Made by a program: the position numbers and the translations under genes
Assembly (NCBI RefSeq): GCF_964213995.1
Contig: NC_135817.1
Location: forward strand, 53,134,001-53,198,000
Source: Mustelus asterias
Lineage: Eukaryota
Direction: 5' to 3'
Length of the DNA: 64,000 nucleotides
In this document: positions 11,891 through 23,139 of the stretch, one piece after another
Layout: the number at the start of each line of letters is the position of its first letter
Numbering within the stretch: position 1 is the stretch's first letter
The notes under the pieces: model-generated
Databases searched by the model: none
Told to the model about the DNA's origin: nothing
Seen by the model: the letters and a program-made list of their open reading frames with translations, nothing else

Positions 11891-12683
11891 TTCCTGCTCT
11901 GAGTCTGCTTGTGACCTTCCTTCAGCATCCCTGCACCTACCCACTCCTCCCTCCACTCCTATCCTTGGGTTTTAAGGCCTTCTGGTTACTGTCCTGGTTG
12001 GACAAGACTCTCATTCTATTCCAACACAGTTACTTAAATGAACTAACCTCAGGACATTGACAAGATCAACCCCCTGTTGTACCAGGAATTCAAAGTCCTG
12101 CCCATCACACCTCTACCTCTGAAACAGAGCAAGGCTCATTTCAGGCCCTGTATCTTTAATTCAGTATAGATTAGCCATTTGGGCCATGACAACATTCCGG
12201 CAATAGTACTTAAGAACTAGCTCCAGAACTAGCTGCACTTCTAGCCAAGCTGCTCCAGTACACTGGCACCTACCCGTCAATGTGGAGAATTGTCCAGGTA
12301 TGTCTTGTCGATAAAAAACAGGACAATCTAACTCGGCCAGTTGCCACTCATCAGTTTACTCTCAATCAACAGCAAAGTAATGGATGGTGTCATCGACAGT
12401 GCTATCAAGTGGCACTTACTTAGCAACAACCTGCTCAGTTTGGGATCCACCAGGGCCACTCAGATCCCAACCTCATTACAGCCTTGATCCAAACATGGAC
12501 AAAAGAGCTGAACACCAGAGGTGAGATGAGAGTGACTGCCATGACATCAAGGCAGCATTTGGCCAAATGTAACATCAAGGAGCCCTAGCAAACCTGAGGT
12601 CAATGGAAATTGAGGGCGGGGGGGGGGGGGGCTGGGGAGGAGAGAGAAACTCTCCATTTGTTGGAGTCATACCTAGCGCAAAG

Positions 12684-13037
12684 GGTGGCACGGTGGCACA
12701 GTGGTTTGGGGCAGCACGGTGGCACAGTGGTTAGCACTGCTACCTCACAGCACCAGAGACCCAGGTTCGATTCCCAGCCTGGGTCACGGTGTGGAGTTTG
12801 CACATTCTCCCCATGTCTGCCTGGGTTTCCTCCGGGTACTCCGGTTTCCTCCCACACACCAAAGTAGTGCGGGTTAGGTTGATTGGCCATGCTAAATTGA
12901 ACCTAGTGTCAGGGAATTAGCAGGGTAAATTTGTGGGGTTACGGGAAAAGAGCCTGGGTGGGATTGTGGTCGGTGCAGACTCGATGGGCCGAATGGCCTA
13001 CTACTTCTGTACTGTAGGGATTGTATGATTCTATTAT
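12684..13037 (+). mobile_element. HE1-type SINE with duplicated 5' head
   Basis: GCACGGTGGCACAGTGGTT occurs twice (~12688 and ~12714), followed by V-domain and tail. Confidence 0.88.
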
Positions 13038-13654
13038 TCAAAGCAAGATGGTTGTGGTTGTTGGAGGTCAGTCCTCTCAGTCCTGGAACATTGATGCAGG
13101 AGTTCCTCAGGTTAGTGTCCTGGGCCTTTTCAGCATTTTCAGCTGCTTCATCAATGACCTTCCTTCCATCATAAGGTCAAAAGTCCGCAAATGACTGCAC
13201 AATGTTCAGCACCATTCAAGACTCCTCAGACACTGAATCATTCATGTCCATATGCTGATAAGTGGCAGTCACATCACAGAAGCGCCAGGCAATGGCCATC
13301 TCCAACAAGAGAGTCTAACCATCTCTCTTTGAAATTGGCATTACCATTGCCGAATCCTCCACTATCAACATTTTGTGGTTACCATTGACCAGCATCCGAG
13401 CTTGATCAGCCAAATAAATACTGTGGCTATCAGAGCAGTGCAGAGGTAAGGAATTATGCAGCGAATAACTTACCTCCTGACTCCCCAAAGCTTTCCCATC
13501 ATCTACAAAACACAAATCAGGAGTGTAATGGAATACTCTCAATATGCCTGGATGAGTGCAGTTCCATCAACAATCAAGAAACTTGGCACAATCCAGCACA
13601 AAAAAACAATACTACTTGATTGGCACCCCACGACATCCACTCCATATCCTTGAA

Positions 13655-14220
13655 GCTCAGAGGAACAGATGAATCTTGGGGTACTTATTCACAGATCCCC
13701 AAAGGTGGCAGAGCAGTTGAATATAGTAGTTAAGAAGGCAAATGGGACACTTGCTTTTATCAGTTGTAACATAGAAAATAAGAGAAAGGAGGTTATGTTG
13801 GAGCTGTATAGAATGTTGGTTAGGCCACCGCTGGAAAACTGTGTGCAGTTCTGGTCACCTCACGACAGGAAGGATGTGAAAGCACTAGACGGGGTACAGA
13901 GAGTCACCAGGATGTTGCCTGGAATGGAGCATTTGAGCTATAAGGAGAGACTAGGTGGGCTTGGATTGTTTTCTTTAGAGCAGAGAAGGCTGAGGGGGAC
14001 ACGATTGAGGTGTATAAGATTGAGGGGTTTGGACAGGGTGAATAGGAAGCAACTACGCCCCTTGGATGAGGGGTCAATCATGAGGGGACATTGTTTTAGG
14101 GTGAGGGGCAAGAGATTCAAAGGATTTGAGAAAAAAAACAGTCAGAGGGCGGTGATAATCTGGAATGCGTTGCCTGGGAAGGTAATGGAGGCTGGAAGCC
14201 TTACAACCTTTAAAAAGTAT
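13655..14220 (+). mobile_element. CR1 ORF2 C-terminal fragment
   Basis: ORF 13669-14337 contains LYRMLVRPPLENCVQFWSP..RRLRG..WNALP; followed by a MITE-like end at ~14220-14325. Confidence 0.88.
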
Positions 14221-14564
14221 CACCCCAAGACCGGAAAATCCCGCCCAAGGTCAACCCACCTTTGTATGGTCTGTCCCCCGCCCACTACGATTCCTGTGGC
14301 GGGCAGGACAGGAAAATTCCACCCGATGACTCTATGACCATGACTCCCTCCACCACCGATGCACAGTGGTCGTAGTGTGCACTATCTACAAGATGCACTG
14401 GAGCAACACATCAAGTCTCTATCCACAGCACCTTCCAAGCTCGTGACAACCACTACTCAGAAAGAGAGGGACAGCAGACACATAGAACATAGAACATAGA
14501 AAGCCACAGCACAAACAGGCCCTTCGGCCCACAAGTTGCGCCGATCACATCCCCGCCTCTAGTC

Positions 14565-17486
14565 CTATCTATAGCCCTCAATCCCATTAAATCCCATGTA
14601 CTCATCCAGAAGTCTCTTAAAAGACCCCAACGAGTTTGCCTCCACCACCACCGACGTCAGCCGATTCCACTCACCCACCACCCTCTGAGTGAAAAACTTA
14701 CCCCTGACATCTCCTCTGTACCTACCCCCCAGCACCTTAAACCTGTGTCCTCTCGTAGCAACCATTTCAGCCCTTGGAAATAGCCTCTGAGAGTCTGCCC
14801 TATCCAGACCTCTCAACATCTTGTAAACCTCTATCAGGTCACCTCTCATCCTGCGTCTCTCCAGGAAGAAGAGACCAAGCTCCCTCAACCTATCCTCATA
14901 AGGCATGCCCCCCAATCCAGGCAACATCCTTGTAAATCTCCTCTGCACCCTTTCAATGGCTTCAACATCTTTCCTGTAATGAGGTGACCAGAACTGTGCG
15001 CAGTACTCCAAGTGGGGTCTAACCAGGGTCCTATAAAGCTGCAGCATTATCTCCCGACTCCTAAACTCAATCCCTCGATTAATGAAGGCTAGTACGCCGT
15101 ACGCCTTCTTGACCGCATCCTCCACCTGCGAGGCAGATTTAAGAGTCCTATGGACCCGGACCCCAAGGTCCTTCTGATCCTCTACACTGCTAAGAATGGT
15201 ACCCTTCATATTATACTGCTGCTTCATCCCATTGGATCTGCCAAAATGGATCACCACACACTTATCCGGGTTGAAGTCCATCTGCCACTTCTCCGCCCAG
15301 TCTTGCATTCTATCTATGTCTCGCTGCAACTTCTGACATCCCTCCAAACTATCCACAACACCACCTACCTTGGTGTCGTCAGCAAACTTACCAACCCATC
15401 CCTCCACTTCCTCATCCAGGTCATTTATGAAAATGACAAACAGCAAGGGTCCCAGAACAGATCCCTGGGGCACTCCACTGGTCACTGACCTCCATGCAGA
15501 GAAAGACCCCTCCACAGCCACTCTCTGCCTTCTGCAGGCAAGCCAGTTCTGGATCCACAAGGCAACAGCCCCTTGGATCCCATGCCCTCTCACTTTCTCA
15601 AGAAGTCTTGCATGGGGGACCTTATCGAACGCCTTGCTGAAGTCCATATAGACCACATCCACCGCTCTTCCTTCGTCAATGTGTTTGGTCACATTTTCAA
15701 AGAACTCAACCAGGCTCGTAAGGCACGACCTGCCCTTGACAAAACCGTGCTAACTACTTTTGATCATACTAAACTTCTCTAGATGATCATAAATCCTGTC
15801 TCTCAGGATCCTCTCCATCAACTTACCAACCACTGAGGTTAGACTCACCGGTCGGTAATTTCCCGGGCTGTCCCTGTTCCCTTTCTTGAATATAGGGACC
15901 ACATCTGCAATCCTCCAATCCTCCGGAACCTCTCCCGTCTTCATCGACGATGCAAAGATCATCGCCAAAGGCTCCGCAATCTCCTCCCTCGCCTCCCACA
16001 GTAACCTGGGGTACATCCCATCCGGTCCCGGCGACTTACCAACCTTGATGCCATTCAATAGTTCCAACACATCCTCTTTCTTTATGTCCACATGCTCGAT
16101 CCTTTCTGTCCACCGCAAACCAGCAGTACAACCACCCAGATCCCTTTCCACCGTGAATACCGAGGTAAAGTATTCATTAAGCAGCTCCGCCATTTCTAAC
16201 GGTTCCGCACAAACTTTTCCCCCTTCACCTTTTAAGGGTCCTATGCCTTCACATCTCATCCTTTTACTCTTGACATATTTGTAGAAAGCCTTGGGATTCT
16301 CCTTAATCTTACCCGCCAAGGCCTTCTCATGACCCCTTCTCGCTCTCCTAATTTCCTTCTTAAGCTCCTTCCTACATCCCGTATACTCCTCTAAATCCTT
16401 AACACCTCCTAGCTCTCTGAACCTTCTGTACGCCTCTCTTTTCTTATTCACCAGGTTCATCACAACCTTCGTGCACCACGGTTCCCGTACCCTACCAACA
16501 CCCCCCTGTCTCATCGGAACGTTGTCATGCAGAGCTCCAGACAAACATTCCTTGAAAATCCTCCACTTTCCTTCGGTACTTTTCCCCAAGAATGCCTCCT
16601 TCCAATTTACCCGTCTAATTTCCTCCCTGATGACACTGTATTTCCCTTTACTCCAGAGAAACACTTTCCTAGCCTGCCTGATCCTATCTCTTTCCAATGC
16701 TATCGTGAAGGAGATAGAATTATGATCGCTATCCCCAAGATGCTCACCCACCGAGAGATCCTCCACCTGTCCAGGTTCATTAGCCAGCACCAGATCAAGT
16801 ACAGCCTCTCCTCTAGTAGGCTTATCCATATACTGTGTCAGGAAACTCTCCTGGACACACCTAACAAACTCCTCTCCATCCAAACCCCTAGCCCTAGGGA
16901 TATTCCAATCTATGTTTGGGAAATTAAAATCTCCCATCACGACAACTCTGTTATTCCTACATCTCTCCAGGATCTGTTTCCCCATCTGCTCCTCAACATC
17001 TCTGTTACTATTGGGCGGCCTATAGAAAACACCCAGCAACGTTACCGACCCCTTCCTGTTCCTAACCTCCACCCACAGAGACTCCGTAGTCAATCCCTCC
17101 ACGGCGTCCACCTTCTCTACAGCCGTGACACTATCCCTGATCAACAGTGCCACTCCCCCCCCCTCTCTTGCCTCCCTCCCTGTCCTTCCTGAAACATCTA
17201 AAACCCGGCACCTGAAGCACCCAGTCCTGTCCCTGAGACATCCAAGTCTCCGTAATGGCCACCACATCACAATTCGAAGCAGCAATCCACGCTCTAAGCT
17301 CATCCACTTTATTCACTACACTCCTGGCATTAAAATAGACACATCTCAGACCTTCAGCCTGAGCACTTCCCTTCTCCATCACTCGTCTAACCTCCCTCTT
17401 ACCCTGTTTACATTCCTTATCTATTTGCGAGCTAACCTCCTCGCTCTCAGTCCCCTCATTTCGATTCCCTCCCCCCAATCTTTCTA
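14565..17486 (-). pseudogene. CR1 ORF2 (APE endonuclease + reverse transcriptase) with two lesions
   Basis: YFNARS, ITETW, GDFN, SDH (APE); GVPQGSVLGP, KFADD (RT). +1 frameshift in the C9 run 17155-17163 and TAG at 15752-15750 where CAG of SQHGF is expected. Confidence 0.92.
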
Positions 17487-18401
17487 GTTTAAAGTCTCTC
17501 CAGTAGCCTTAGCCAACCTTCCCGCCAGGATATTGGTCCCCCTGGGATTCAAGTGCCACCCGTCTTTTTTAAACAGGTCACACCTGCCCCTAAAGAGGTC
17601 CCAATGATCCAAGTACCCAAATCCTTGTCCCTTGCTCCAGTCCCTCAGCCACGCATTCATTCTCCACCGATTCCTGTTCTCACTCTCCCGCGGCACAGGC
17701 AGCAATCCCGAGATTACTACCTTTGCATTCCTCTTTCTCAGCTGTCTACCTAACTCCCTATATTCTCTTTTCATGACCCCTTCCCTCTTCCTACCTATGT
17801 CAGCAGTACCTATATGCATCACGACCTTCGGCTCCTCTCCCTCCCCCTTCAGGATTTCTGGGACTCGACCAGAGACATCCCGGACCCCTGCACCAGGGAG
17901 GCAAACCACCATCCGAGAGTCCCGTCTGTGTCCGCAAAAACGCCTATCTGACCCCCTCACCGTAGAGTCCCCAATTAGCACTACCCTCCTTTCCTTACCC
18001 TTTTGCACTACTGGGCCAGGCTCAGCTCCAGAGACACTGCCACCGCTGCTTCCCCCAGGTGGGCTGTCCACCCCAGTAGTACTCAGACAGGAGTACTTAT
18101 TATTAAGGGGCACATCCACCGGGGTGCTCACCATCAACCGAGCTTTCTCCTTCCTCACTGTTACCCAGTTACCCTCCTCCCGTGGTCCCGGTGTGACCAC
18201 CTGCCGATAGCTCCTGTCAATGACCTCCTCACTATCCCTAACCCGGCGAAGGTCCTCGAGCTGCAATTCCAGTTCCCTAACATGGTCCCTTAGGAACCGC
18301 AGCTCAACACACCCAGCACAGATATGGTCGTCCGGGAGGCTAGGAGCCTCCAGGACCTCCCACATCCTACATTGGGAACAACATACTGGCCTCACACTCA
18401 T
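17484..18401 (-). CDS. CR1 ORF1 protein (Cys-rich finger/coiled coil + SGNH/GDSL esterase-like domain)
   Basis: Uninterrupted ORF: CCSQC..CAGC, leucine-heptad segment, LIGDS, HIGTAD, DGWH; ends ..ETLN*. Confidence 0.9.
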   Translation of the reverse strand: MSVRPVCCSQCRMWEVLEAPSLPDDHICAGCVELRFLRDHVRELELQLEDLRRVRDSEEVIDRSYRQVVTPGPREEGNWVTVRKEKARLMVSTPVDVPLNNKYSCLSTTGVDSPPGGSSGGSVSGAEPGPVVQKGKERRVVLIGDSTVRGSDRRFCGHRRDSRMVVCLPGAGVRDVSGRVPEILKGEGEEPKVVMHIGTADIGRKREGVMKREYRELGRQLRKRNAKVVISGLLPVPRESENRNRWRMNAWLRDWSKGQGFGYLDHWDLFRGRCDLFKKDGWHLNPRGTNILAGRLAKATGETLN

Positions 18402-18589
18402 AATTGCCCCTTTAAACACACAGGGAAAAAAAAAAGTGAATGAAAATTTTAAACTTACCTTTCCTCCTCCTGTTTTCTCCAAAGCCCTGCTCTCACTGGG
18501 TCTTTTTTTTTAGGTTAGAGGAGGAGGGAGGGTGGGATACTCTACAAGTGTAGAGTATCGGGATTCCTCTCTGTTCCAATTTATTGGGA

Positions 18590-18942
18590 AAAAAAAATCT
18601 CTCTCTCCCAGACCTCCCTGCGCGACCACTTCCGGGTTTAGATATTTTTTAAGAAAAAACCCGCGAAAAAGTAAGTTAAAAAATAACAGCGCTTACCCGC
18701 AGCACTCCTCTCGCGAATCTCTCCCTCTCTGCTGCACTTCCAAGAAGCAATGAGGCCGATTCACTGAGGTGAGTAACTTTTTTTAAAAAAAATCTCTCTC
18801 TCCCAGACCTCCCTGCGCGACCACTTCCGGGTTTAGATATTTTTAAAGAAAAAACCCGTGAAAAAGTAAGTTAAAAAATAACAGCGCTTACCCGCAGCAC
18901 TCTCGCGAATCTCTCCCTCTCTGCTGCACTTCCAAGAAGCAA
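18590..18942 (-). promoter_or_regulatory. Tandem ~160-190-bp monomers in CR1 5' UTR (putative internal promoter)
   Basis: 18590-18751 and 18786-18942 are near-identical, CpG-rich, and each has CCGGAAGT (ETS/GABP consensus) on the - strand. Confidence 0.65.
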
Positions 18943-19589
18943 ACATGGGAAAACCACCTTCAAGCTCTCCTCAAAGCCATACACCATCCTCACTTGGTAC
19001 TATATCTCCATTACTGCAGCTCAGCTGGATCAAAATTCTTGAACTCCCTTCCTAATAGCACTGTGGGTGAATTACACTAAATGGACTGCAGCACATGGTT
19101 GAAGAAATCAACTCACCACCACTTTCTCAGTGACAATTAGGGATAGATAATAAATGTTGGCCTAGTCAGCGATGCCCACATCCCATGAATAATTTTTCTA
19201 TTTTAATTTGCATGTCAAGAGTAAAAAATTTATAATTACAAATTACTGATGGTGTAAATTGTTGGAATAATTTGAGGTAATGAATTTAGTATCAAGCAAA
19301 AAGAACACAACTGAAGCCTTTTGCCTTAAATACAATATTTCTTGTAACATGTTCATAACAAGAAATTAAATAATCCCAGTGACCACAATGGCATTCTAGT
19401 TTTCTGATATACCTATCCTAGAGTTTAATGACCATTTTAAAAATTCAATCAGTTTTTTTGGTACATTCAAGATGATGCCAGAGCGTGGCAACTTCTTGCA
19501 AGCTGTTCCCAGCAAACAGTCTAATCCTATCTTTTACTCTTGTTCTATGCTTTTAAAACTGCACTCCATCTCTTTTAAACTCTCTAATA

Positions 19590-19750
19590 ATGTTCTCTAA
19601 ACCCTAGCTATGACTGTAACACCATATTCTGCACCCTCTCCTTTCCTTCTCCCCTATGTACTCTATGAACGGTATGCTTTGTCTGTGTAGCGTGTAAGAT
19701 ACAATACTTTTCACTTTATCCCACTACATGACAAAAATACATCAAATCAA
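19590..19750 (+). mobile_element. LINE 3' UTR fragment (probably Rex1/L2 group)
   Basis: Similar to 58685-58900 and to the reverse-complemented 3' end of 54690-55540. Confidence 0.6.
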
Positions 19751-20577
19751 AGATGGAAACAGTGGCCCCAAATTTCCTCAGGGATGGGTAATGTCAGCAA
19801 ATTACAGCGTTGTCTCTCAGTTGTGCCATTTTTTGTTAAATAGTAGATCCCATGTTTCCGGCTCAGCAGGAACCGGGTGGATTCTGGGCGGACGGTACAC
19901 TGAGTAAGATGAGGTGCACTGAATCCCAGGTGGCACAAGTGAACTTGTTCTGTGGGGGAGGAGCATCCATGCTCGTAGAGCAGCCTGGATCTCTGAAGCA
20001 AGGGTGAGGTTTTTTTAAAAGATTGGACAAAGGGTCAAGTTGAGTCCTGGGGGATGGTGGGAAGGGATGGAGATTGCCTCCAGGCAACCATAACCTCACA
20101 CCCAGTGGAGAGTAAGAACCTGATCTCCCAGCTGCACGGAAGAAGCAGGTACCAAAGGTGTGCCTATGGACATTTTCAATCAAATTTGCAAACTCCGGTT
20201 AGCCCTGGATGGCAATGGAACACTTACATGACATTGCTGAAACTAATGCCTATTCCTTTCAGCAGAGCATCTGATTAGACCTGGGACCTAGCGGTTTTAA
20301 AATCTTGCTGGGCCTCAGTGATCCATAACACACGGACATTAGATAGCAAAATGTCCTGGAAAGCTGCCGTGACCATGTGGAACTTAATGCTTTTTACTTA
20401 GAGTCGTGTATTGGAATTACAGCATGAGATAAAAATACACAAATACTTAATGCATTTGTCTGAAATCTCTCTCTCTCTCTCATTTTAGAAAATGTATTAA
20501 TATCTATTGATAGTTTCAGTGCATGCATGTGTTAACATCAATGATGTCATTCTTAGAAAATGAAAGAATATGAATAT

Positions 20578-20866
20578 GGGTGGCGCGGTGGTTAGCACTG
20601 CTGCCTCGCAGTGCCGGGGACCTGGGTTCGATTCCCGGCTTGGGTCACTGTCTGTGTGGAGTTTGCACATTTTCCCCGTGTCTGTGTGGGTTTCCTCCCA
20701 CAGACCAAAGATGTGCGGGTTAGGTTGATTGCCCCTTAGTGTCAGGAGGACTAGCTAGGGTAAATACATGGGTTTATGGGGATAGGGCCTGGGTGGGATT
20801 GTGGTCGGTGCAGAGTCGATGGGCTGAATGGCCTCCTCGTGGACTGTAGGATTCTATGATTCTATG
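20578..20866 (+). mobile_element. HE1-type SINE
   Basis: tRNA-like head, V-domain, ATTCTATGATTCTATGA tail. Confidence 0.9.
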
Positions 20867-21324
20867 AACCTAATACCACTGTTAAAACAAGTCCATTGGT
20901 TGATTTCACCCTCCCTCCCAGTCCCCACCACCCCGTGAATAATGCAAACCTCCATCTCTTCCCTAGTTTCTCACTCAATGTATTTTTCTCACTCAACCTT
21001 CATATCCCAGCTATAACATTCCTTAACCATAAAGAAGAGTATTCACCTGTGAGCACTTCCATGGTGAGGATCAATGGTCCTATAATCAATCTCCAGGGGG
21101 TTTAGAATTCAGTACATTTCAGAGTTGTGAGACAGGCTGTTCCTGTTTTACTTCCGCGAGCCTGCAAAGTGTACTAGCATTGCTCATCTGAGAAATTAAA
21201 CAAACCTTATTCTCAAATTATTAGGAATCGAACTCTCAGGTACTCCGGCACTAACTTCACTTTTTTCCATTGATGTTGGAGATGTGTGCACCCCATTGTT
21301 CATTTTTGTCTCTTTCTCTTCCAG

Positions 21325-21732
21325 TCATTCCAGACACGCTGAGTGCAGTATCGGTACCACAGACCCTGAGTAAAGTAGAAGGTGACTCCCTGGAACTGGT
21401 CTGTGAAGTATCCAAGCAAACATTCCAGCACACGCACGTGGCTGTCGCATGGTACCTACAGAAGGGAGATCAGAATCTCAAGGTCATCTCTCTAACTCGA
21501 GATTTCATCCTACGTTCTGGAGAGTCATTTAAGCAGAGACAGGCATCGGGAGATGTACGACTGGATAAGATTGGAGTGACTTCATTCAAACTCACCATCT
21601 ACCAACTGCAAGCATCTGATCAGGGAGAGTTCTATTGTGAGGCTAGAGAGTGGATCCAAGACCCGGACAGGTCTTGGTACACCATAGCTACCAAACGCAC
21701 TGACAAAACAATGGTGAATATAAAAGCTACTG
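21325..21732 (+). CDS. IGSF3: IGSF3-like exon, Ig-V domain (equivalent to IGSF3 domain 2, EWI motif)
   Basis: ttccag| acceptor, G|gtaagt donor, 408 nt, phase 1-1; VIPDTL..LELVCEV..VAWY..DQGEFYCEAREWIQDPD, recognisably like vertebrate IGSF3. Confidence 0.92.
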
Positions 21733-21796
21733 GTAAGTAGTTACCACTCAAAGGCAGTGACCAGTATAGCTATTAAGTTAATGTATCGAGAATAGT

Positions 21797-22290
21797 GGGT
21801 AAAATTTTATCCTTCTCCACCAGCATGTGGTCTGCCTGCCTACCTGGCTGGCCTTGATCTGAGGCCCTTAAGTGGCAGCTTTAGCTGCGCTGGCTGGTGT
21901 CGGGCAAGGAGGGAGGGGTTTTACCTCCTTTTGGAGTCCCTTGTACCCATCGAAGGCAATCGCTTTCACACTTTCTCCTCCCTGCCAACCCAGGTTGTCA
22001 AGCACAGCCTCCCATTCCACTTATTCCTCTATCTGGGCCTCACCAATATGCCAAATATATCTTCAGCCAGGCCTTCTGTTAGCTCCTCTTTTTCAGGGAC
22101 TGGCTGTAGTCCCACCCGTGGCCACCACTCGTACCCAACATTGCTGGGACTACAGAGGGACTATTCCCTAAGGTGACACTTCTCCTCTCAGATGGAGACA
22201 GAAACCTTGACCTTAGCCAATTAGTGCCCCACTGAATGTTTAAATGGCTGCAGTATTGACACTTTAGCTGGCAGGGCAGGACACCCTACC
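21797..22290. mobile_element. Decayed non-autonomous DNA-transposon-like repeat
   Basis: GGGTAAAATTTT start; shares short motifs (CTGGGACTACAG, AATT.GTGCCC) with 50940-51290 and 63820-64000. Confidence 0.4.
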
Positions 22291-23139
22291 ATCCAAAAAC
22301 TCCTGTCCAGTGTGTTCTTAGCATATAATATAAGTTGTGAAAAGGGCAAAGCTAGCAGGTCAAAGTAAGGGTTCCAGAGCAGCAAAGGATGGTTATCTCC
22401 TGATTGTTGTGTGTTCTGAAATTCAGACCATGTTGGCCATTGATGCCAAGCAGAGGCTAAGCAAGGGACTGGAGAAGAAATATTGGACGATGAATCCAGT
22501 TCAGTTACTTGAACAAATGCTTGGTTTAGATGGTAGCGCACTTGCCAATTTGGGTCACTTTTAGTTGTACTCAACTATTGAGAGACACTGCCATTCAACA
22601 GCTCAGGGAAGGGTCTCTGTTCCTCATTGCTGTTTCAGTGACACTGGCTGGTTGGTGTGTATGTAAGTGGATGAATTGACTTCCTGTTGCTTTAGGAGGC
22701 TAAATGGATGCAGCCTCCCAGGGGGTGAAGGGGGAGAGTAGGTGGGAGTGCTGGGTCGCTTTGTTAAAGCAGAAGAGGCGGGGGTCTCAAGCAGGATAGG
22801 CAGTTCCTGCAGTCCCATCAATCTTCCTGGAGCACTCAGTACTGTCTTTTTAAAAATATATTTGTGCCTATCTCATGTAGGTTGCAAGGCCCCTGGCTTC
22901 ATCAATCATGTCCATATTTCCTGGTGCCACTGCAGAAGGCTGGCAGCTTTTGATCTGTAGCCATGAATTGGCTGCCACCTGTGATGTTCAGAGGGCAGTC
23001 CCACTAACCACCCATGTGTACAGGCACCATGCAGTTCCTGCCTACATCAGGCCATCTGCGTAATCGGAAAAGCTCAGGCCTGTTAGTTCACACTTGCTGT
23101 TTGGCTGATTCAACCGGAATGGCCATTCCAATAGCAATG

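Larger units (their letters stand above)
14481..18942 (-). mobile_element. Full-length young CR1 LINE (HER1-like)
   Basis: 5' UTR with tandem monomers, ORF1, ORF2 (APE+RT), 3' UTR hairpin, (CTATGTT)n tail at 14481-14502; ACAT short duplication/microhomology at both junctions. Confidence 0.95.
12180..19195 (+). mobile_element. Old decayed CR1/L2-group LINE, split by nested insertions (pieces ~12180-12680, 13040-13650, 14340-14480, 18943-19195)
   Basis: Decayed RT motifs (DIKAAF, GVPQ.SVLGL, YKTQIRSVMEYS); 3' end AATAAATGTTGGCC..CCCATGAAT; sequence continues across the inserted elements. Confidence 0.75.

Noticed and set aside
15150-18513. + strand ORFs overlapping the CR1
   Set aside because: Antisense shadows of ORF1/ORF2.
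20578-20645. tRNA-like A/B boxes
   Set aside because: SINE heads fused to V-domain and tail, not tRNA genes.
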